Assembly: GCA_018652955.1 (NCBI GenBank)
Contig: JABIBA010000013.1
Span: forward strand, 164,253-228,252
DNA length: 64,000 bases
Direction of reading: 5' to 3'
Source: Candidatus Peribacter sp.
GTDB lineage: Bacteria > Patescibacteriota > Gracilibacteria > Peribacterales > Peribacteraceae
The translations under genes and the position numbers were made by a program. Each line of letters starts with the position of its first letter. Position 1 is the first letter of the stretch. Below are positions 17,960 through 25,942 of this stretch, piece after piece. The notes below the pieces were generated by a model that searched no databases, had not been told where the DNA came from, and saw only the letters and a program-made list of their open reading frames with translations.

Positions 17960-18627
17960 TGAAAATTGCTGCAGTCATACCGGCATACAATGAAGGCAAG
18001 CGTGTCGGAAACGTTGTTGCTGATGCAAAGAAGTTTGTGGATTACGTCATCGTTGTTGATGATGGTTCTACTGACAATACAAAAGAGTTCGCAAGTCAGG
18101 CAGGTGCTATTACGTTGCGCCACATCGAGAACTGTGGAGCAGGGGCTGCAACCATGACAGGGATTGATGCAGCGAGGGAGTTAGGTGTCGATATTATTGT
18201 TACGCTTGATGCAGATGAGCAGCACAGCCCAGATGATATCCCAGCACTGCTAGAACCTATTAAGAGTGGTAAGGCAGACATCGCTTTTGCCAACAGATTT
18301 GGTCAGCGCAATAACATTCCGTTTATTCGCCGGCTCTTCAATGGACTTGGAAACGTCATTACATTTGCAGCTACAGGAAAGTGGGTGAAAGACAGTCAGT
18401 GTGGCTTTAAGGCATTTGGACCTAAGGCAGTTGCGCAAGTAGACCTGCGCATGAGTGGGTATGAGTTTTGCACTGAGATTGTGCGAGAAGCTGCTCAGCA
18501 TAAGTGGCGTACAGCAGAAGTTCCTGCGAAGGTGCTGTATTCTGAGTACACACTTGCCAAAGGCCAATCATTTGCTAACGGCATTAAGACTGCGCTTAAA
18601 ATTCTTCTTCGTTCCTTTCTCCGATAA
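17959..18627 (+). CDS. GT2 glycosyltransferase, polyprenol-phosphate sugar synthase-like
   Basis: AAVIPAYNEGKRV, VVDDGSTDNT and LDADEQH (DxD) blocks. Confidence 0.85.
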   Translation: MKIAAVIPAYNEGKRVGNVVADAKKFVDYVIVVDDGSTDNTKEFASQAGAITLRHIENCGAGAATMTGIDAARELGVDIIVTLDADEQHSPDDIPALLEPIKSGKADIAFANRFGQRNNIPFIRRLFNGLGNVITFAATGKWVKDSQCGFKAFGPKAVAQVDLRMSGYEFCTEIVREAAQHKWRTAEVPAKVLYSEYTLAKGQSFANGIKTALKILLRSFLR

Positions 18628-18630
18628 CCT

Positions 18631-18969
18631 ATGGAATTTACTGCCTATCAAATCATTACACCACTGGCAGGCTTTGTTGCCGTTGCGTATGCATGGAATC
18701 TTGTATTTCGTCAGAAGAAGACATTGTGGGAAGCAATATTATGGACGGTGTTCTGGGGAAGCATTATTGCTATTTCTATCTATCCAGATTCTCTCGACTA
18801 TCTCTCAAAGTTTACTGGTATTAAAGACCGAGAGAACGCAGTACTTGTCACAACGATTGCTGTCTTACTCTTTATTGTTTTCTACCTTATTGTTCGCATA
18901 GAAGCTTTGGAGCAGAGGCAGACGAGAGTTATTCGTAAGCTTGCTCTTAAGGACCTCGACAAGAAGTAA
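18631..18969 (+). CDS. small 3-4 TM membrane protein (DUF2304-like), candidate lipid-linked sugar flippase
   Basis: 112 aa. Hydrophobic helices plus C-terminal amphipathic RIEALEQRQTRVIRKLALKD. Always-adjacent position to the GT2. Flippase role is inference. Confidence 0.5.
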   Translation: MEFTAYQIITPLAGFVAVAYAWNLVFRQKKTLWEAILWTVFWGSIIAISIYPDSLDYLSKFTGIKDRENAVLVTTIAVLLFIVFYLIVRIEALEQRQTRVIRKLALKDLDKK

Positions 18970-18971
18970 TT

Positions 18972-20072
18972 ATGAAAACCATTTTACTCATCAGTCCGTA
19001 TTGGAAAGAGGAGCACCGCTGGATGGTGAGCTCTGTAAAACTTGCAGATCTTTGGCAGCGTATTGGTTTTAAAGTGATTGCGGTATGCATGGGGAGTGAA
19101 TCCAGAATTGATCACGTCAGCGACACCTTAACAGTGCATTATCGCAAAGATATTTTTCTGCCAGATCCGTGGAACTATGGAATTGCTTTTGGGTTTACGG
19201 GTTACGTTCGCAAGCTTATTAAAAAAGAGAAGCCAGATCACATCGTCGTTAATAAGTTGCTTTTTTGGACATCATTCTCTGCAATAGCTTTGCGTTTAAC
19301 GGGTCACAAGGTCTTAGTATTGACTGATGCCTTTGTCGGAATCAACTGGTGGCCACGAGGATTTATTCCAAAGGTCTGTGGTGCGATTTACGCTTGGACT
19401 GGCGGTTGGTTGATACTGCTTTGCGCAAACCGCGTTGTGACTTTTCATCCGCAGCCTACGTGTTTACTTCGTCGACTCTTGATTCATAAGAAGACACAAG
19501 TTATCCCTACAGGGATCGACCCTACTGGGTACAAAAAATCAGATGCAGTGCCTTCTGATATAACGGTGTCGTATGTTGGTCGATTGGAATCTATAAAAGG
19601 TGTTGATGATTTCTTAGCTGCTTTGGTTCCGCTTAAGAGTGAGTACAAAAATATGAAGTTGCAGGTAGTAGGATGGTACAAAGATAATCACCCTCTTGTA
19701 GAGCAGTACCAAAGAGAGGTGAAATTTACAGGACTTCGCAAAGATATTCCCGATGTACTCGGTGCTACAGACATCTTTGTTATGCCAAGTCACAGTGAAG
19801 GTTTAAGTAATGCAATTATGGAAGCAATGAGCAGTAGTTGTGCGTGCGTTGTTTCTGAAGTTGGTGGTAATACGTTCCTTGTACAAAACGGGGTCTCTGG
19901 TTTGTGCTTTCCTGCAGGAGATAGAGAAGCACTTGCATCACATGTGAGGCGTTTGTTGGAAGATCCTGCTAAGCGCAGAATGATGGGAGATGCTGCGCGC
20001 AAAAGAATTGATGAACACTTCAGTTGGGAGAAAGTAGGAAAGATGTATACAGAGTTTTTTGAGTCTTCATGA
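18972..20072 (+). CDS. GT4 (GT-B fold) glycosyltransferase
   Basis: C-terminal EGLSNAIMEAMSSSCACVVSEVGGN (E-x7-E) block. Confidence 0.8.
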   Translation: MKTILLISPYWKEEHRWMVSSVKLADLWQRIGFKVIAVCMGSESRIDHVSDTLTVHYRKDIFLPDPWNYGIAFGFTGYVRKLIKKEKPDHIVVNKLLFWTSFSAIALRLTGHKVLVLTDAFVGINWWPRGFIPKVCGAIYAWTGGWLILLCANRVVTFHPQPTCLLRRLLIHKKTQVIPTGIDPTGYKKSDAVPSDITVSYVGRLESIKGVDDFLAALVPLKSEYKNMKLQVVGWYKDNHPLVEQYQREVKFTGLRKDIPDVLGATDIFVMPSHSEGLSNAIMEAMSSSCACVVSEVGGNTFLVQNGVSGLCFPAGDREALASHVRRLLEDPAKRRMMGDAARKRIDEHFSWEKVGKMYTEFFESS

Positions 20073-21097
20073 AAAAAATAGTGATATTGTCGGCATTTTT
20101 GTCACCACTACGCAGTGGTGCAGAAGCCTGTGCAGAAGAAGTGCCTCTCGCACTTGCAGATCAATATAATTTCACCATTGTGACTGCGAGAATGCGCAAG
20201 AACTTGCCAAAGAAGGACCTTCTTCAGGATAAGATCCCTGTTGTACGCATCGGTCTTGGATGTACGTTTGATAAGTGGCTGTTTCCGTTTTTGGCACCAT
20301 TTGTTGTACGTAAGCTGAAGCCCGACGTTGTTCACGCTGTCCTCGAAACATTTGCAGGGCTTGCTTTGGTCTTTTGTAAAGCGCCGAAGAAAATTCTGAC
20401 GTGTCAGACAACTAACAGGAGTTTTCTTAAAGGATTTATCGTACGTTCTCCAGATACAGTGACCTGTATTAGTCGAGTGCTTGCAGAGACGATTCAGAAC
20501 TTAGGTCGCAAGAGTGTACATCTTATTTCTAATGGTATTCATGCTCAGCAACTTGCAGATGCGCGGCTAGAATATAGTCGGATTCCAGGATCAATTCTGT
20601 ATGTAGGGAGGTTGGAGCAAATGAAAGGAATTGATACTTTGCTACAAGCAGTATCTAAAATACCTAGCGCCACTTTAGATGTTGTAGGAGATGGTTCCCA
20701 AAAAAATGCACTCATGAAGCTGACTACAGATTTAGGAATAACAGATCGTGTTCGCTTTCTTGGATACCTCACATCAGACACGCTTGCATCACACTATGCT
20801 CAAGCGCAGGTGTTTTGTGGCTTAAGTAGATCTGAAGCTTTGGGGAATGTGTTCCTCGAAGCACAAGCTGCAGGGTGCGCAGTTATTGGTACGACTGTCG
20901 GTGGTATCCCCGATATTATTGAGCACGAAAAGACAGGTCTACTAGTCACTCCTGATAATATTGATGTTGCAGCACATGCCATTAAGCGTGCACTCGAAGA
21001 TGAAGATTTACGAAATAGAATAACAGAAGCAGGCGCAGCCCGAGCACAAAACTTTGATTGGCAGGTGATAGCTGCTGAGTATGCGAAGTTGTATTAA
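20069..21097 (+). CDS. GT4 glycosyltransferase
   Basis: EALGNVFLEAQAAGCAVIGTTVGGIPDII block. ATGA overlap with the upstream GT4. Confidence 0.85.
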   Translation: MKKIVILSAFLSPLRSGAEACAEEVPLALADQYNFTIVTARMRKNLPKKDLLQDKIPVVRIGLGCTFDKWLFPFLAPFVVRKLKPDVVHAVLETFAGLALVFCKAPKKILTCQTTNRSFLKGFIVRSPDTVTCISRVLAETIQNLGRKSVHLISNGIHAQQLADARLEYSRIPGSILYVGRLEQMKGIDTLLQAVSKIPSATLDVVGDGSQKNALMKLTTDLGITDRVRFLGYLTSDTLASHYAQAQVFCGLSRSEALGNVFLEAQAAGCAVIGTTVGGIPDIIEHEKTGLLVTPDNIDVAAHAIKRALEDEDLRNRITEAGAARAQNFDWQVIAAEYAKLY

Positions 21098-21315
21098 TTA
21101 CTTTCTAATTGGTCTCTTTTTTCTTGTTTCCCCTTTTCAATATAATCCCTTTTTTCATCAGGACTCATTCCTTCGTCTAAAGCTTTAAACAGTCGCTCTA
21201 CAAGGTCATCCGGTAAAGCATTAATAGCTCTTTGATGACCTGGGGGTAGTGGCTCCAGTTCAGGTTCATCAGGAATCTCATCATTTGGAAATTGATCATC
21301 TAAACGTTTATTCAT
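21094..21315 (-). CDS. small acidic hypothetical protein (73 aa)
   Basis: ATGA start/stop overlap with the upstream nucleotidyltransferase suggests translational coupling. No motif. Confidence 0.4.
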   Translation of the reverse strand: MNKRLDDQFPNDEIPDEPELEPLPPGHQRAINALPDDLVERLFKALDEGMSPDEKRDYIEKGKQEKRDQLESN

Positions 21316-22061
21316 ACTGAGGCGGTAATTTTGTCAACAGCAGGCTTTACTGCTGCAAGTTTTCGTTCGCGTACAAGAATGGCTGCTTTGTGGAGACTCT
21401 CGAATGTTCCTGCGTCGATCCATTCATCTTTTAGTAGAGAGTATCCAAGCTTTCCATTTTGGTGGTACCACTTGGTGACATCGGTAATCTCTAATTCTCC
21501 ACGTGCAGAAGGCTGCATCGTACGGATGAATTCAAAACAACTATTGTCGTAGAGGTAGCATCCTGTTTGCGCGAGATCACTGCGAGGAGCTTCTGGTTTC
21601 TCTTCTATAGAAACCACGCGGTCGGCATCCACTTCTACAACTCCAAATCTCTTTGGGTCTGGCACCTGCTTTACAAAGATGTGCCCTCCTCCTGTAAATG
21701 CGCGAATATGTTGTGAGATATTGTCGAAGTAGATGTTATCTCCAAGAAGTGCACAGATACTATCTCCTGCTGCAAACTCTTCTGCCATGCCAAGAGCTTG
21801 GGCGATTCCCTTTGGCTCGTCTTGTACACGGTAAGTGAACTTACAATTGAATTTACTTCCACTTCCAAGGAATCCTGTCATCTGGTCGATATTCTCTGGT
21901 CCTGTAATCACCATGATTTCTGTAATCCCTCCACTAAGTAGTGTTTGTAGGGGATAGAAAATAAGGGGCTGATCGTACACAGGCAGTAGCGACTTATTCG
22001 TCACTTCTGTTAGTGGGCGCAGCCTTGTGCCCAGTCCGCCGCAGATCAAGACTCCTTTCAT
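21312..22061 (-). CDS. sugar-1-phosphate nucleotidylyltransferase (short RfbA/RmlA-like)
   Basis: GGLGTRLRPLT (GxGTRLxPxT) and EKPE blocks. 249 aa. Confidence 0.85.
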   Translation of the reverse strand: MKGVLICGGLGTRLRPLTEVTNKSLLPVYDQPLIFYPLQTLLSGGITEIMVITGPENIDQMTGFLGSGSKFNCKFTYRVQDEPKGIAQALGMAEEFAAGDSICALLGDNIYFDNISQHIRAFTGGGHIFVKQVPDPKRFGVVEVDADRVVSIEEKPEAPRSDLAQTGCYLYDNSCFEFIRTMQPSARGELEITDVTKWYHQNGKLGYSLLKDEWIDAGTFESLHKAAILVRERKLAAVKPAVDKITASV

Positions 22062-22067
22062 AGGTGC

Positions 22068-22076
22068 AGTATCGCA
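22068..22076 (-). promoter_or_regulatory. extended -10 TGcGATACT, 6 nt upstream of ATG 22061 (leaderless-type)
   Basis: Reverse complement of agtatcgca at 22068-22076, spacer gcacct. Confidence 0.4.
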
Positions 22077-22118
22077 GAAAGTATCAAATATGTGAATGGA
22101 TGGGTTATTTAACAGTAA

Positions 22119-22138
22119 ATATTGTATATTGTCAATAT
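22119..22138. repeat. ATATTGT direct repeat x2 followed by inverted CAATAT (candidate operator) in rfb divergent region
   Basis: atattgt 22119-22125 and 22126-22132. atattg/caatat form a 6-bp palindrome around t22132. Confidence 0.3.
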
Positions 22139-22168
22139 CAGGATTTATGATGTAATTATCCAGATAAC

Positions 22169-22177
22169 TGCTAGAAT
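22169..22177 (+). promoter_or_regulatory. extended -10 TGcTAGAAT, 8 nt upstream of ATG 22186 (leaderless-type)
   Basis: tgctagaat at 22169-22177, spacer atgcctct. Confidence 0.45.
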
Positions 22178-22185
22178 ATGCCTCT

Positions 22186-23136
22186 ATGAACCTTCTCGTT
22201 ACAGGAGCTGCCGGCTTTATCGGGTCACATTTCGTACTGCGACATGTGGCGAATCACCCAGAGGACACTATCGTGGTGCTCGATAAGCTTACGTATGCAG
22301 CGGACAAAAGCTTCCTTGATCCTGTCGAAGATGCGATTACTTTTGTCGAAGGAGACATTGCTGATCAGGCTTTAGTGACAAAGCTCATCGAAGATCACAG
22401 TATTGATACTGTGGTGAACTTCGCGGCTGAATCGCACGTAGATAATTCTATTTCTGATGCTACACCGTTTTTGCACACTAATGTCATTGGGACACAGGCG
22501 ATTATCGAAGTAATAAAAGAACATCCACATGTAAGACTAGTGCACATCTCAACAGACGAAGTGTATGGCGATGTTGGAGACGATGATCCTTCGTGCACCG
22601 TAGGCGACAAACTAAACCCTAGTAGTCCATACTCAGCTTCAAAAGCTGCTGCGGAGATGCTAGTACTGGCAGCTAGGCGTACGTTTGATGTGCAGGCAGT
22701 GATCACTCGGTGTACCAACAACTACGGACCACATCAGGCGGATGAGAAGTTTATTCCTACAGTTATTCGCAAAGCACTCGCAGATGAACCTATTCCTATT
22801 TACGGAACTGGAAAGAACAAGCGTGACTGGATTCATGTAGGGGATCACTGTGATGCAATAGAGACGATCTTAACAGTTGACTGGAAATCTGATCAGCGAC
22901 CTATTTTTAATGTTGGTATCGATAGAGAGTTTGAAAATATTGAAGTGGCAAAGATGATTTTACGCATTTTAGAAAAACCTGAAGACAGTATTGAATTTGT
23001 CGAAGATCGCAAAGGGCACGACTGGAGGTACGCAGTAGATTCATCTGAGACACGCACACTTGGTTGGGCTCCGAAGATGGAATTTGAAGAAGGTTTGCGT
23101 CAGACAATTGATTGGTACAAAGAGAAGTATAGTTAA
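22186..23136 (+). CDS. rfbB: dTDP-glucose 4,6-dehydratase
   Basis: GAAGFIGSHF Rossmann motif, YSASKAAAE (YxxxK), full-length SDR-extended similarity. Confidence 0.92.
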   Translation: MNLLVTGAAGFIGSHFVLRHVANHPEDTIVVLDKLTYAADKSFLDPVEDAITFVEGDIADQALVTKLIEDHSIDTVVNFAAESHVDNSISDATPFLHTNVIGTQAIIEVIKEHPHVRLVHISTDEVYGDVGDDDPSCTVGDKLNPSSPYSASKAAAEMLVLAARRTFDVQAVITRCTNNYGPHQADEKFIPTVIRKALADEPIPIYGTGKNKRDWIHVGDHCDAIETILTVDWKSDQRPIFNVGIDREFENIEVAKMILRILEKPEDSIEFVEDRKGHDWRYAVDSSETRTLGWAPKMEFEEGLRQTIDWYKEKYS

Positions 23137-23139
23137 TAC

Positions 23140-24756
23140 TTACTCTGTTTCCATTTTATCAATGATGATGCGTAATTCTTCGATACGATCGAATTGGTAA
23201 TCAATATATTCCTTATCTGTTCCATCAATATTTGCACTATCTTTTGCGATGTACTCTCTAAGTTCTACTTCTTCATTGTCTAAAATTTCTCGCATACCCC
23301 AGTCTGGATAGAGTTTTTCAAATTTTTCTGCACTCAAGCCCGCATCCTCGTAAGGACTTTCAGCATCTGGAAAGTTTATCCGTTCTTGCTCAAGGTTATA
23401 ACCAATAATGCGTCTCTCAATATTTTTGAGAGTGTAAAAAATTTCATCCAATTCATCATCAATCTTATAGGAATCCAAATGCACCTGAGAATCTGTGGTT
23501 TGGTTAACGACAGATAGATATCCTTTTCGTGCTGCTACTACAGGAGAATATGCGGCAACAGATGATGGTGCATAGATTGTATCGTTGAAGTGGTGCTCTA
23601 TTTCCCTATCGCTAAAGTATTCGAGCGTCTGTGGCTCTTCGATCCATGTCGTACTAATCTTGTCCACGCCTTTGAATGCCGCTCTGTAGAGTTGGGATAC
23701 TATTCCTTGACCTCCTATTCCTGCCTTATCTGTACTTGCTTTATCGATATGTAGGTCGGCTCCTTTGTTACTTTTAGAAAAAGAAAATATTACGTTGCCA
23801 TCATGCTTCACTAAAAATTTAACACTCCCTGGCATCGGAACGGTTTGTGGTGTCATCACAGTAGTACTACTTCTACTAAGCCTTCTTCTTATGTTTGCTA
23901 TAAAACCTACTGGTTCAACTTCTCTTTGCAAAGCTGTTTGAGTTGCAGGCTCTGCGGTAATCGTCAGAGGAATTTGTGTAGGCATTTCCCCCTCTGCGCT
24001 ACGAGGTTTGATCAGTACAGTTTCTCTATTCACTTGTCCGTTTTCCTGTCTTACTGCTGCATGCGCATCTTCAAAATCAAATGCCAATTCCATTTTTTGA
24101 CGTTCTTCTTTATTAAGTACACGCAGTATCTTATTCTCTGCTTTTGAAACAGATTTAATTTGCTGCTTAAGACGTTTCCTTGCGAGGTCTTCTATCTCTT
24201 CTTTGAGATCAGGATGTTGCTCGAGTACTGCGCCAAGTTTTTCAATTGGTATCTCAATAACTTTGACTGGCTCAGATGTCACCACTGAAGCTGTACGTTC
24301 CCCGCTAGCAATAGGACTTATTTCTCCTACAACGCATGGTGGCGTGAGGTTTGCTAGAGGCACAGTGATTGTTTTCTCTGGATGAAAAACAGTTTTGCGA
24401 ACTTTTACACTTCCTTCTTCTTGCTCCTCTTGCTCAAGAGGAAGTATGAGGTAGCAACTTGTGCCTGTGGCACCCTCTTTAATTAATTGAAAACCAGCAT
24501 CTACTGGTATCGCATCTCCATTAGAGAATTCTCTTAGAAGGATATCAGTTAGCGTTTCTTGTTTGTTGAGATGTATAGGTATGTCATCAGAAGAATCATC
24601 ATCAGCTTCTAGTAATAGCTGTAATGCATCTCTGCTTACTTGGCTTGTGCTTTGATAGGATTCTCGTTGTTGATCATCAAAATCAAACGTATCCGATTCA
24701 GCCTCAGATGAATCATCCTCTCCAGTATTACCTGTTAGTGTGTCTTCTGCTGCCAT
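23140..24756 (-). CDS. acidic cytoplasmic protein with a cyclic-nucleotide-binding (CAP-family) domain; remainder unknown
   Basis: FQLIKEGATGTSCYLIL and VVGEISPIASGERTASVVT nearly match the two classical cNMP-binding signatures (..G-E-x-[GAS]...R-[ST]-A-x-V-x-T). ~330 C-terminal residues have no recognised domain. Confidence 0.55.
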   Translation of the reverse strand: MAAEDTLTGNTGEDDSSEAESDTFDFDDQQRESYQSTSQVSRDALQLLLEADDDSSDDIPIHLNKQETLTDILLREFSNGDAIPVDAGFQLIKEGATGTSCYLILPLEQEEQEEGSVKVRKTVFHPEKTITVPLANLTPPCVVGEISPIASGERTASVVTSEPVKVIEIPIEKLGAVLEQHPDLKEEIEDLARKRLKQQIKSVSKAENKILRVLNKEERQKMELAFDFEDAHAAVRQENGQVNRETVLIKPRSAEGEMPTQIPLTITAEPATQTALQREVEPVGFIANIRRRLSRSSTTVMTPQTVPMPGSVKFLVKHDGNVIFSFSKSNKGADLHIDKASTDKAGIGGQGIVSQLYRAAFKGVDKISTTWIEEPQTLEYFSDREIEHHFNDTIYAPSSVAAYSPVVAARKGYLSVVNQTTDSQVHLDSYKIDDELDEIFYTLKNIERRIIGYNLEQERINFPDAESPYEDAGLSAEKFEKLYPDWGMREILDNEEVELREYIAKDSANIDGTDKEYIDYQFDRIEELRIIIDKMETE

Positions 24757-24762
24757 TATGTT

Positions 24763-24771
24763 ATTATAGCA
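24763..24771 (-). promoter_or_regulatory. consensus extended -10 TGcTATAAT, 6 nt upstream of ATG 24756 (leaderless-type)
   Basis: Reverse complement of attatagca at 24763-24771, spacer aacata. Confidence 0.5.
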
Positions 24772-24844
24772 TAAATTGATAATTCTGTGAATATCTGATT
24801 ATTTGAACACATTTGCCAATTCTATCGCTATACTGACCGTACCA

Positions 24845-25942
24845 ATGAAAATAATCCTTGCCACAGGCATTTATCCTCCAAAAATAGGCGGTCCTGCAAC
24901 ATATTGTCGTCAGTTAGCTGAGAGACTTTCTAAGCAGGGGCATGAGGTAATTGTTGTCACTTACGGTGACAAAGTGGAAAGTGGAAAGTGGAAAGTGGAA
25001 ACAGTGCCTCTTGGCCTGCCAGTACTTCGCTGGTTTTCTTATGCGAAGAAACTTAAAGAGGCAGGTTCAGAAGCAGATGTTACATATGCATTCTCTTCTA
25101 TTAGCTGTGGAATTCCTCTTATGCTTTCAGGGCTTAAGAGTAAGAAGGTGCTACGCCTTGGAGGAGATTTCTTTTGGGAACGCTACACCGATGGTAGTGG
25201 ATACCGTGGACTTCGTGCTTGGTATGCATCGAAGTGTCCGTTGGCCTTTATCGGTCGCAGAGTAATGGGATGGATACTCAGGAGATTTGATCACATTGTA
25301 TTTTCAACAGACTTCCAGAAAGATATTTACGCGGGTGTATTTTCTCGGCTGCCAAGCAGTAGCGTTATAGAGAATGCATTAGAGCTGGAGATGGTAGTTC
25401 CAATGGAACATCATATAATGCAAAAGCCGTTTAAGCTCCTATTTATGGGACGGTTTGTAAACTTTAAACAGATCCCTCTACTCATCGATGCAGCGGCGCA
25501 AATTCCTGAAGCTGTACTTACCCTTGTAGGACAGGGGCCTCGAGACGTCGCACTGCGCAAGCAAGTAGAGCGATTGGGCCTTGATAGTAAGATTCGTTTT
25601 GTCGCTCCTCTAAGCGGAAAAGAGAAGTACGAAGTATTCGGTTCACATGACCTTCTTGTTCTTCCTTCGCTTACAGATATCAGTCCAAACACTGCATTAG
25701 AAGCGCGGTCGGTTGGTCTTCCAGTTCTTCTTACAGATCAAAATGGATTGAGTCCGTCTTTACATAGTGGCATGAGTATTGCGGATGTCTCTACAGTTAA
25801 AAAGCTTGTAGAAGAGATCAAACGTATTCAACAGGGCTATAGCGTCATTGCTGAGTCTGCTTCTCAGAAAATTTCCGGGAGAAGCTGGGAAGAAGTTGCA
25901 CTAGAAACTCAGAATCTTTTTGCTACACTTTGCGCCCAATGA
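24845..25942 (+). CDS. GT4 glycosyltransferase (contains heptanucleotide repeat)
   Basis: MKIILATGIYPPKIGGPATY N-terminus typical of GT4. C-terminal SPNTALEARSVGLPVLL block. ATG 24845 is preferred over the ORF-track start 24803. Confidence 0.8.
   Translation: MKIILATGIYPPKIGGPATYCRQLAERLSKQGHEVIVVTYGDKVESGKWKVETVPLGLPVLRWFSYAKKLKEAGSEADVTYAFSSISCGIPLMLSGLKSKKVLRLGGDFFWERYTDGSGYRGLRAWYASKCPLAFIGRRVMGWILRRFDHIVFSTDFQKDIYAGVFSRLPSSSVIENALELEMVVPMEHHIMQKPFKLLFMGRFVNFKQIPLLIDAAAQIPEAVLTLVGQGPRDVALRKQVERLGLDSKIRFVAPLSGKEKYEVFGSHDLLVLPSLTDISPNTALEARSVGLPVLLTDQNGLSPSLHSGMSIADVSTVKKLVEEIKRIQQGYSVIAESASQKISGRSWEEVALETQNLFATLCAQ
24971..25001 (+). repeat. tandem heptanucleotide repeat (GTGGAAA)x4 plus 3-nt partial unit, inside the GT4 coding region
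   Basis: Perfect units at 24974-80, 24981-87, 24988-94 and 24995-25001, preceded by aaa. Unit length is not a multiple of 3. Confidence 0.95.

Noticed and set aside
24971-25001. Possible CRISPR-like repeat
   Set aside because: The units are 7 nt, contiguous, without spacers, and lie inside a coding region. No cas genes are in the window.
24951-25265. Alternative-frame ORF (104 aa) inside the GT4 gene
   Set aside because: It exists because the 7-nt repeat reads similarly in two frames (TKWKVESGKWK). The GT4 frame has clear family motifs. This frame is only relevant as the read-through frame after repeat slippage.
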